Part shown: positions 56,901-61,318 of the stretch, piece by piece | How positions within the stretch are numbered: the first letter of the stretch is position 1 | Layout: each line of letters begins with the position of its first letter | Source of the DNA: a virus | Taxonomy: Duplodnaviria > Caudoviricetes | Reading direction: 5' to 3' (one strand) | Virus record (IMG/VR): IMGVR_UViG_3300025133_000094 | Coordinates: 1,182 to 65,181 of that record | Length of the DNA: 64,000 nucleotides | Program-made: the position numbers and the translations under genes | The notes under the pieces: generated by a model | The model's input: only the letters and a program-made list of their open reading frames with translations | Databases searched by the model: none | What the model was told of the DNA's origin: nothing

Positions 56901-57467
56901 CCGATATTTGGACGTTACGGCGGCCTTGTAGCTGAGGGAATTAACATAGCGTATTCAGGTATAAACAATCAAACGCCCGGTGCCTTTATACCTAGTGCTG
57001 CTATTACGGCTCAGACCAAAGGTATTATTAGAGCAGTAGGAGATCCTACTGTAGCTAACCTTATTAATGCTAGTAGAACAGTTCCAGGAATGGATCCCCT
57101 TATACGGATGGCTCTTATACACGGACTGGGAGGCAAGGAACTAGAGAAAAAATCTAAAGGCTCTGGTACTTCGCCTAGTAACCAACGTCATGCTACTTGG
57201 GGACTCAGCCAAGCCGATAGTCAGATTACTGATCTTATGTTAGCTACTGAGCTGGTTAAGTATCTTGATGTTGGCGATGAAGCACGATGGCTACCGCAGG
57301 TTGCGGCTAACCAAAGAGGTAACTTATTCTCTGCCAAACCTATGCCCGCTGAGCCCGCAGAAGCCCCTGCTGCCCCTACTATGGAAAGTGTTGGGGAGCC
57401 TAGTATGGTGTCAAGGATGGAACAGCCAGGAGGATCTAAATTAGCTGATCTATTGCAAGATAAGTAA
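41916..57467 (+). CDS. Giant polyvalent virion protein (5183 aa): zincin, putative virion RNA polymerase, DEDDy exonuclease, zincin
   Basis: HEVGH (44640); GHDMMFSG (D at 47898) plus RAFMKLPLMRAMYG (48264); DIE, HNGVSFD, YAEGD (51918-52532); HELSH (53313); GTG start after GGAG. Confidence 0.85.
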   Translation: MANRLWNVAPIDPVFSHSFINEHYEEEVGELNRLNNALPFKGVTRKDYENFSMSARRDRFTGELVRGPLELWDSLRQSGDMYFKRGYTATHAGAEQLSASLMLRTEEEREKLKDTKYLKYSSEGTEFLKSFSEGTVWNFARMTGRTYTDLNGKTRWRVPIDPLNGIGDGSWGMAATPEDIFKHEAPEGWTPKEALKEMEEVDPDMLQKYQMFLGGEEEVKKITKDTRNPYEFFYRLNEELQNRNIAESLAYQFKQNEEAGKSYINWYEQWGKEFLISSIINDPDMAGSLTIAAALTVTTGIGGVIAEVIHAGAKIGRYGKTADRLLTLAAGVHKVTAMVPKGAMFLPENLGPSLIRLKFGAQAWKTKSFVNRAGWITLGNIGEGTITGALAELSNQTFQIDKQSMDEYHQKEILRQAMFEAAISPIINPMLGSVMFRVPRLPLYTMSFINRGIGKLRPSAGARGTAVGNYFKSIVSKMNIDHIGQRIQGSRDVLRAAKDWGHMLGQDPKKIEALLNDEGLVQIFAAIMKAKGIDESFTIAHISEAIADLRKAHDENVRLALEEGKPVPATFSEIELGAMLARTVLAKQGLQLSQLDGATQNLVGDMGMRLFILGEKKKKFEADKIEMTWEEFAKHIEDNDPELFWREGVPQESKKSGETLFEEQVGGNWGALPWREKLGWAMYADDIAVDAVAAKKEIKLDEINKISNEVDAIRNDIVPKTEKEIDTKREAEAATTENVEERLEEVKHDIDGVIHATNDENAKIQEELDKFADTLLVSPEPGETVAVIDVTGDIKAEMQARLEGQPFTKEGFTLDENGILWDDRIDAEAVSEINQIIEEVAGDAVVIREVVIDDLSDIDGLDAAAMITGMGVDSQGNLVFKITISEHVAGLLVHERADFRDAGRQTVAHEVGHAVHDQMTDAEMKEFLAILEAEGIVTDAMNHGDLTQEAFADLWAMYMNPDATFHFAGINLENPGMSARPKGQEVKNRADIPAMMLAFLRKIRDRLRIKSAKAETAAAEASTVTLENLDSIQRFGVLWDYAAANGWVKDTPSVQMKWESNFEGLKNLIKQQLQRKLTPSEQTPEEESLRRRQKRNIKFLRRLDVLGTQIDKELRAWKESEHGYSPELLDAEIQLNKVKKEHLDLINQFEKEQPALHSVQKIYRESLSILRGKIFFSETTMGDLKAEVKVTELDSADVVILRTLLDNLPAKKKIVVPKTARSGINNAVVILSNFLAGDSLMSEVKFKVIQKEVNLYLSRQFEGLAKTMARTKVEDKSKEVFEKFSDYNTIMNELIVKRIQRTGDSMLTAATIQDSLAWQESSYRTLEAYGEAWTKIVNGLDAEGKTEMALSTLLRHLPRTSRYRINQTELINVGKLRRDSKIKTWKAKEIFHNETGRARKSISKLDRNAFGDIRVNIGPLDFAKNFAHEVTSDTMLNVPLTADFKKKNITPGTTLDGSKVVMEETVMSFEDWRHHLELWHADPAEPHNKTDEGDVIITGTQLLANLDPDFRAKGVGLASMFRGALINQWKTIEDLRRLNTETPTLKFRYKDVATALSEKAAAGRLLSHIESNAIITELAEQAFQQLDKHNNPSLYNAHDVAIEVINQVESSFKKADKAGYDMFGFVLRWDDENGLPVHSPHTVDKDTWISAVKKQVVKRLEVATHGGIKPDTLNRIYDIFGIRELKPDAQTKLSTPQYEQLADIMVSNLHRTRRNGPTIDIADFGNGNREWHSAYDLGNQIVDAFTKEEMYTTKQLYASKDIHPDARGSEAEVGPGEKTAVQPPLEGDLNFVTRRSLWEIDRIMKNGLFREGRIAFVLNRDNLTSSVIKAYNKVKEEGGFRFPEGTIHVSDVMPVSLIPYVQGDILQQPPMTQEQVKKYLLNIALNTPQQANTIVHDKIIAAKDNVLRLNQKDGMPIATEFIGMGGDFGYPYHMVGMIRAMELGSVHAKGLTKNSINLVSKLQAEWQENHKVDLSTEEGLNKARRDFFDHSTGHDMMFSGRYLTFMQSRMGDPKLAEQMFQIEKAVAELLYNEDLGEYQYDINVLQTETKEWYRAGTLHILNLITGLNQAQRSRLGAKVKPLLDILQPLRDNDINTLEDWKIFEDKNPNDPKVRVIRAFMKLPLMRAMYGMEKAGWLKIFRDSEGTDMLKKVYKTLEIELDSTDIEHIGDILFHGAIEGTGQLMYRALGLEYEGEPGKSPKAEALKWMEMDRSADTLLTTVKDLLKSHGTELRSSRDSSGREFNKLYQLDTHEKYLKASIETQASVEFRTNEPTAEQIKKIKDKYAPLREMEDFLKQDDIPSDFGPGHKRWNEYKQIPYKNLMPESQIGAFRAFTTLNSSGYRIAIKALETTARHLGLENFNADIFLGLERYVFYHNMLPSEKAVRGFDTQAGSGMSPIGIGIEKVLTNEALFKEWATTEWAKLKADRKAKGDTSPMTIAEYDTLVRKYIALDPDRAEILGTQELVDGGLIQMYKENGLESVEAEIEMLMLQNELLYQSTYGPPQLINYHLEDDIAILNNQTAMNWFKNTVENADTRAREKANQEQLLSDSQNNAYAEKMLELVQQAGNNLLRSQGPIKPYVNTERARLDVFPNNSDPLTILNQQQKGVRAFDPLYTTVPYTDKPNFFFLKQYHERKMREISHTLDLIVDESSKEQHVLDPNDLGYPMPWKEKDMPKPVNTVTNDLNNILQRTDISPRTSELFHSLNNFAKRKGTLYTDALSKLEDAYPYMYLTMKMEEAKDNIILAKRRFRTEMTPAEITALRAEWLGDLHTLSQFSRDTKLAEIGPHALETAGMDIAFANVPSEAIAIIDQLQSIYASEDKPNGLLFQPTMLQGPLKMGLTPADIRIQAKDDQGNPTDELVYTDLEANPLANQNMDMSILLFAIEYPNYIKPIIDEHYPQYSDIKTFEDWTLLIDPKHKVEIEALAAESVTGADGKGFGQSIVFDMSIMDSLHEGKIDPNRVLLTIDEANIVEVDGEQINYQLNHLLSKAGFGFFMQSPSAIKGKTLQMTISHRGALKMMLMLENHAPFRRMRESMWAKIPYGTVETALGEIDISRPTNEILRDKFGHNMRASHEDNIELHGALSVMAKTVGEKKLKPTYDPTRGMKGSKRFAMTDLDYYSVNKLADSGLVRPWLESHISVLSEVVTSARRSGYEMFQKELFTEIDTLIEGARKGEQENIATAIAFSVMFSQGEQTGNWTPDHQMMRVFMDERNFNEGEVSNALMKADLLLNKIAKATDLDTTWFNNPINLRARAYIQNMTKADLENFTEGDNTSKLTGMFIESLGETPDIGHYVVNELGDALDLLGGEGVNLHESVDYRAWLEDREKVINVDIETNLSQDNISVITLSQKDTGFKNTVRGKKVGDWVTPDQAQEHLNFLEDMQNKGYKVAFHNGVSFDTRILGNVAGSRHSDASMQTAVQNQASRIAIRTVDSLDNGRSFKGEMVEYTDSGKIRSKGNNYYVSLSNLAKALGIKQTKSLEFGGLEAALLFERVRGETVTLGSEAKKVGMTQEHIDVINNTTKMKAWNKFKKYAEGDAELGYKVLYGDGDVQGLADIRGELTVDYAPDPKTGNERKVTLNVEEMMPTWLLSQRESGRFHGTLSQFSEWENVNTITRALSNTDHTARSMVGFEGESFLIDNGGEQLTVNAKQAKAAIGLAIGEWQAEKHYEPTSWLDDEVLQFTYNNVKSAKKFREFAIDRDDAHLENLGITIEKLVLNEYINNEDAVMFRAMILRLNQINPFTVKDITMETIQRLVKETKPGSAERVGDSYKLRIGEEATQLLGKTEGHMSVVQMFAHELSHLTRLRFVDENNGTWQRWLAYAESNAGKAMMLKLVTQWHGGIETQAVLNEVDGYIRDPEEFIAAQTSFFLLNDVQHIQADFTADEYKAYSESVGIVTRIINNVRDMFRKIADVFVEFEKTDSDAYKEMVSLVTHTLGYKNKGHLKAVRKGQRDGQLYWMDRIEVNRKKYKYSLDDLKTMVIREKQLEKIRDISGMWTTEQATELVKLKEQLQSADATDRSVLGFTRAEQSVAWEQLTHEFSRFEIEEGTPSGERILDIVRVFNEGNSKQKAQAMDWLLSQIQKIYGSAITAKSGEFFAIAARKAESILPGLATDRIRSMLTNLMAANTGAQYTWNSISIMPVLLTALLDDEVVTTFADFTKGDTPSVRRTLDAFNKYSDLLNGEQGEILSLINSIGAKALGTGPSEHAAALMQHINEAVLRGAQSLRGGAHFNIDEEIHPSVRNHPKWAEIKVHILGGELRGDKVFGMIEAYKNQIEAIESKGIEIGEFSRNFIQIAPWYFSKSLMDGDNMDMFWREMPIEIDNHIRQELDKKHAGIDPLYFFQAGLLPRVDTFLMADLKQMETTHLHMLRVIAGLVNKRVNPDVAHMLTDPVDELFARLESENVTVNTMWREATSKTVGFLMSQMGRQDYTFKRLVKDLKIYSPDITKVEINAIRLAYKNVIGTDVGSSRLSSLRALNNKAIPSSVWAPGSLTSAGVKMKTEGLMTAADMHTRNILVRASGGVYFSNDSWSIPSVLDVVARNDKIRSVVSFDTPAISGALLRGVGDRIFELNMMHELFGIYGDYRSIINLFAEVVDKPFREITNPDGTLVNTKELLKSAHILLDKWRAYRHIKQVPDHQSSMEAWLFKNAPNFVKIVFGPSLSLASLSTEHTLAMMSELLGKRSIGGFARQALGPLTSLSKERRKRIARSMASSLTRIDKAFLPDSQMPATMDKAGFLDKWSSLNMRIAHHVHESIGMARTENIRLEIADMIKDGKIENLIKLMHKSGDQAYLRTDELLSNPDHLIKLAREAKIGSAFDTVIITMNKTGLLNMGTFAMMQQMVVESTQEYNRYYDTNEMLMLLLENKKTMDNDVFRMREDIIQALRDVETAYVHDVMVQAKPMDTSTRGGMMDYIFELFRKYPVLFFLQHVMRKSSRHTPIRWATGVMALMLLDVLYMMLLRISMGNRPEDIIKAAEDDPVGFFLMYGSRLPIFGRYGGLVAEGINIAYSGINNQTPGAFIPSAAITAQTKGIIRAVGDPTVANLINASRTVPGMDPLIRMALIHGLGGKELEKKSKGSGTSPSNQRHATWGLSQADSQITDLMLATELVKYLDVGDEARWLPQVAANQRGNLFSAKPMPAEPAEAPAAPTMESVGEPSMVSRMEQPGGSKLADLLQDK

Positions 57468-57527
57468 TAACGAGGGGCCCAGGTCATCTTGAGCAAGGAA
57501 GCTCGTACAGGCGATCCTAGGGCCCTT

Positions 57528-57558
57528 AAAAGACAAAGGAGAAATCCTTTGTTTTTTT
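57528..57558 (+). terminator. Intrinsic terminator ending the late operon
   Basis: ACAAAGGA-GAAA-TCCTTTGT followed by a T run; A-tract upstream suggests it may work in both directions. Confidence 0.85.
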
Positions 57559-57696
57559 CCACGGGAATCGACTATAGGGGTCACGAATTTATCTGGGGTG
57601 GTGTATGGATTAGCAGGGCTGTAGTGCCCCCCGTACCCCCCAGGTTGACGCCTGCCAGGCTGGTGGTATTCGTAGCAGGTAAAAAGGAAAATTATT

Positions 57697-57966
57697 ATGC
57701 TTATAATAATAGGGATCGTAGCGATCATTGGCATCGTGGCAGTAGTACTCACTGTACTGAACTTGGACCATCCTAGTATGAGTCTGGAGGAGGACAGTGA
57801 TGATCTACGCCGCCGTCATAACCAGAAGGTTCGTAACGCTGGTTATACAACGATGAAAATTCTCGTCGAGGACGAGGATCGAAAGTGCTGGTCGTGTGGG
57901 CATATATTTGGAACTGACGACTCCATGTGTTGCCGACACTGCGAGCACCCAATGGCGAGCGAGTAA
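57697..57966 (+). CDS. Membrane-anchored zinc-ribbon protein
   Basis: N-terminal hydrophobic helix; CWSC...CRHC; AAGGA RBS. Confidence 0.7.
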   Translation: MLIIIGIVAIIGIVAVVLTVLNLDHPSMSLEEDSDDLRRRHNQKVRNAGYTTMKILVEDEDRKCWSCGHIFGTDDSMCCRHCEHPMASE

Positions 57967-58033
57967 GCCGAAACTACCGGCGTGAGCCTGGTAGTCTGTC
58001 GTGAGTGGTCTCACGGCACTGACGAGGCAGACC
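57967..58033 (+). ncRNA. Type II hammerhead ribozyme, predicted cleavage after C57996
   Basis: GCC-GAAA-CTACC..GGTAG-TC^-TGTCGTGAG..CTCACGGCA-CTGACGA-GGC: complete core and three stems; 3' AGACC can pair with loop I GGTCT. Confidence 0.93.
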
Positions 58034-58070
58034 CTCAGCTCTCTGGTGCTTAGCACCAAAGGAATCCTTT

Positions 58071-58313
58071 ATGAAAAAAGGAAAAAGTAAGAAAGGTAAG
58101 CCGAATCCTTCGAAGAGACGGCGCACTACGTTGCAGCGAGCCGCGGCAGAAGCCCGTACTCGCATGAACAAGGATCGTCGTATAGCACGTTCGATGCGTT
58201 TCAGCGGTAGCAAAGGTTGTATTCGTTTAACCGAATGGATATATAATAGCCGCCGAGACAGCTTAGTATCTCGAACTAATCGCAAAGCAATCGTCCACGT
58301 TCCTGCTGCATAA
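58071..58313 (+). CDS. Small, very basic (Lys/Arg-rich) protein, possibly nucleic-acid binding
   Basis: 80 aa, MKKGKSKKGKPNPSKRRR...; AAGGA RBS inside the hairpin AAAGG-AAT-CCTTT. Confidence 0.7.
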   Translation: MKKGKSKKGKPNPSKRRRTTLQRAAAEARTRMNKDRRIARSMRFSGSKGCIRLTEWIYNSRRDSLVSRTNRKAIVHVPAA

Positions 58314-58446
58314 GTAGGATTCTAAGGGCATTCCACAACTAACTCAAGGCACTAACAAAAAGGAGACTTTGCCTATGATTTAAGGACTGCTAGTACCTAT
58401 ACTTCGGGAGTGTTACACTAATATCCTTTAATGGAGAATTTCTATT

Positions 58447-60294
58447 ATGAAATCAAAAGATATAAAGACCGCATCAGAGAATGTGGCATCAAAGCTAGCA
58501 TTACAGCGAGGACGCCTACGTTCTTTCTTGTTCCACAGAGGTGGAAAGAAAGTAACGGGCGTGGCTGTGGACCACCTCCTTGGTCTGACCGAGGAAGCAT
58601 TGTTCGACAACGGTATCGTCGTGGACAGTGACATGCTCAACGGAGCTGTCGCCCAAGGCGTTACTACAGCAACTCGTAAGATACTACATAAGAACCTATT
58701 GACCGAATCTTGGCAGGCTCGTCGTGACGGCAACGTCTCGACAAACCCTATCGAGTTGACGGGATACTGGAAACCGATCGTCTCACGACGTGACAACCTT
58801 AAGCTGCCCTCTGAGTATAAGGACTTTATGCAGTATCAAAGTAATATAGCAGTTCGTTACAACAAAGACATGGTGACTGCCCTAGTCGCATGGCAAGAGA
58901 AGTTTGGTCCTGATGACAAACTTGTTCTCTCTAAACGAGATCTTGAGACCATCAATAAGGTAGGGTACGTAGTTATCTACCAACCTTACTACATTGCATG
59001 TCGCGTTGCACGTATCTACCAAGGCACACAGGGTGCAGGTGGCTACACTAACGGCAAGGGGGTACGCTATAGTACTGAGTTCGCTGAAGGTCGAAAGGTT
59101 AATGGCAAGCAACAGGCACAATTTATGACTCACATAAAAGCTGAGTATAAGTATAAGAAGGCTCATTCAAAATTCTTAGGTGACAATACACTGGCTAACC
59201 GTACTGCGTTCTTACGTAAGTATGGTAACCCTGGTTTGTTACGTGCGTGTCTCGAGCTTATCTACATTGCTGAGACTAAGAAGTCAACGATGATTATCTG
59301 GCAAGACGTGCACACCTCATTAGTGTGTCATATCTATGCTATGTTGCGTCGTAAGAACTTACGCAGTATTGTAGACATTAACCATCCAAAGTGGTTCAAT
59401 CGTCATGATTACTACATGAACAACATGTTAAGTAGCTCTCTCGATAGCGCTCCTTTCTTTCGAGCATGTACTCCAGGACAACGTGCATTGTTTACTAAAC
59501 CATCCTTTGTACCGTTTGGTCACGGAGCTGGTGCTGACTCTTGTCGGTACTCTGTACTCAACACAGATGATATGCACTGGAATGCCGAAGCTCCAACGGA
59601 ATTGCGTGACACTATGAGCTTGAACGAATTGGTTGACGCCATACGTACAGGCACTAAGCAGGTCCGAATTCCTGAACAGTTCAAACTTGCTCTTCGAGCA
59701 GCTTGGCCTGGTTGGAGTAAGAAGAAAGCTATTACTGAAGATATGTACAAGGACAAACTTGTTATAATCTTTGATGATCTTAAGACTGTGTTCGCTGGTT
59801 CCTACAATCCATTAGTTCGGTTTAATAACCGTGCCGTATTGGTGAAAGAGGCATCAGATACTATAGGCAAGCTACCACCTTCATATACCAACAGGTTTGG
59901 AATGAAGCTCGTGCAAACGAGATGGAAGCGAGATCCTAACAGCTCACGCACTATTAAGAACAAAACCACTTTAGCTGGTGTTACTCCCACGCCATTGGAT
60001 GTTACCTTCGATAAGCGAGTCGCCTGCACAGGCAGCGAGTTCGCAGTCAGTATGCCTCACTATAAGGATGCTGAAATGAATGTCGGAATCGGTAATGAAT
60101 TCATCCAAGCTGATAAAGACTGCCTAAGTATCCACGATGCTTGGGGTGTACGGCTAGAAGACATGGACTTCTTAATTGAAGTCAGTGCCAGACAGTTTAG
60201 ATACACGCATGAAGAACCTATGCTTAATAGCATGGGGTATGAAGTGCCTGCAACTTTACCACACCTTGGTGATAAATTCCAAATCGTTCGTTAA
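58447..60294 (+). CDS. Divergent, short T7-family single-subunit polymerase (615 aa)
   Basis: Colinear motifs RVARIYQ (DxRGRxY-like), WQDVHTS (A, D287), RALFTKPSFVPFGHGAG (B), PHYKDA, LSIHDAWG (C, D564). Confidence 0.88.
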   Translation: MKSKDIKTASENVASKLALQRGRLRSFLFHRGGKKVTGVAVDHLLGLTEEALFDNGIVVDSDMLNGAVAQGVTTATRKILHKNLLTESWQARRDGNVSTNPIELTGYWKPIVSRRDNLKLPSEYKDFMQYQSNIAVRYNKDMVTALVAWQEKFGPDDKLVLSKRDLETINKVGYVVIYQPYYIACRVARIYQGTQGAGGYTNGKGVRYSTEFAEGRKVNGKQQAQFMTHIKAEYKYKKAHSKFLGDNTLANRTAFLRKYGNPGLLRACLELIYIAETKKSTMIIWQDVHTSLVCHIYAMLRRKNLRSIVDINHPKWFNRHDYYMNNMLSSSLDSAPFFRACTPGQRALFTKPSFVPFGHGAGADSCRYSVLNTDDMHWNAEAPTELRDTMSLNELVDAIRTGTKQVRIPEQFKLALRAAWPGWSKKKAITEDMYKDKLVIIFDDLKTVFAGSYNPLVRFNNRAVLVKEASDTIGKLPPSYTNRFGMKLVQTRWKRDPNSSRTIKNKTTLAGVTPTPLDVTFDKRVACTGSEFAVSMPHYKDAEMNVGIGNEFIQADKDCLSIHDAWGVRLEDMDFLIEVSARQFRYTHEEPMLNSMGYEVPATLPHLGDKFQIVR

Positions 60295-60307
60295 TAACTA
60301 GTACGGA

Positions 60308-60334
60308 GGGGGAGGCCATATGTTTGGTCTCCCC
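60308..60334 (+). other. GC-rich intergenic hairpin without U tract
   Basis: GGGGAGGCCA-TATGTT-TGGTCTCCCC. Confidence 0.6.
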
Positions 60335-60366
60335 TGATGTACGCAATCAGGAAAGGGATTTCTATT

Positions 60367-60942
60367 ATGACTAAAACAAAGAAATCAAAGTTACGCTGGG
60401 CCTCTCTTATATATCCAGCATCTATGGCTGATATATCAGGTCACTGTATTCTTGTCTTCGATACGGAACTTAAGAATTATACCATTAGGTTCCTTACCCA
60501 TGATCTTGACCCTAAGCACATGTATTACTCAGGTGTTACGGAAGAGGTAATTGGTGTAGACGGCAACAGTATTACTAAAGGTGAGATTGGTAATATATGT
60601 AATAGAATCGGCTTACGCTTGAAGCCTCGCTTAGAGATAAATACTTTCGATGTGAGTGAGTATTATACCTTACACTACGGTGATGAGGTGATTGCTACAC
60701 ACAAAGGAAATAAGATGTCTGTCTCTATTACTGGCAGAAGTACCGTTTACTTCGATGATGTAGGAGAGCCTATTGAAATCACAGTAAAAGGTAAACCTGC
60801 TGTTAGCTTAAAGGCAGCTCGTGCCTCATGGTGGAGCGAAGCAAAGAATTATCCAGCCATACACTGGAAGGGTGATTTAGCTGTGCTTTGCGTTGCTGAT
60901 GAGATCAACATCGATGTTGATGATGATGATGATGCTGCTTGA
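60367..60942 (+). CDS. Hypothetical beta-rich protein with acidic C-terminal tail (191 aa)
   Basis: Start moved to ATG 60367, which shares the ATTTCTATTATGA context with 58447; ends DVDDDDDAA. Confidence 0.75.
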   Translation: MTKTKKSKLRWASLIYPASMADISGHCILVFDTELKNYTIRFLTHDLDPKHMYYSGVTEEVIGVDGNSITKGEIGNICNRIGLRLKPRLEINTFDVSEYYTLHYGDEVIATHKGNKMSVSITGRSTVYFDDVGEPIEITVKGKPAVSLKAARASWWSEAKNYPAIHWKGDLAVLCVADEINIDVDDDDDAA

Positions 60943-60944
60943 TG

Positions 60945-61011
60945 ACTCGTCTGGGCGAGTATAAATAGAACCTAAGCCTAGAGCGTCCGACCCTACGGGG
61001 TCGGGGCGTTT
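60945..61011 (+). ncRNA. Pistol ribozyme, predicted cleavage between G61006 and C61007
   Basis: P1 ACTCG/CGAGT; loop TCTGGG pseudoknots with CCTAGA; ATAAATAG linker; TAAG..AGCG; P2 TCCGACCC-TACG-GGGTCGGG; P3 AAC/GTT. Confidence 0.92.
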
Positions 61012-61275
61012 CCCCTAAGTGGGCCTATCTACCATGATTTTTTATGAAGGGTGTACCCCGTTCAAGATACAGCCGTATAGGTGTGTAAGGGCTGTATCGC
61101 AATAGGTGGGTTAAGAGAACAAGGGTGGATATAATATAGGGTATACCTAGGTCTTAGGGTATACGTAAGTATAGCCAGGAGAACCCTAGGGTTCCAGTAC
61201 AGGGCAAGCCGGGGGACCTTAGGTCCGCGGCTTGCCCCATCAGCCAGAAATTATGGTCAAGTTCCCTGACTGGCA
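61012..61275 (+). other. Structured non-coding segment of stacked hairpins
   Basis: GATACAGCC/GGCTGTATC, GTATACC/GGTATAC, GAACCC/GGGTTC, GGGCAAGCCG..CGGCTTGCCC, GCCAG/CTGGC; no ORF. Confidence 0.6.
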
Positions 61276-61318
61276 GGTAACAGTATCATAATAATCACCC
61301 TATTAGAAGGAGAATATC

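Noticed and set aside
57472-57527. Hairpin GGGCCC-AGG...CCT-AGGGCCC containing CCAGGTCA and AAGGAAGC, superficially like SRP 4.5S RNA
   Set aside because: Lacks the CAGG-stem-GNRA-stem-AGCA symmetric loop geometry; treated as an ordinary pre-terminator hairpin
57450-59756. Alternative ORFs such as 57489-57776, 57974-58285, 58428-58796, 58431-58631 and 59520-59756
   Set aside because: They overlap a terminator, a ribozyme or better-supported genes and have no recognisable motifs
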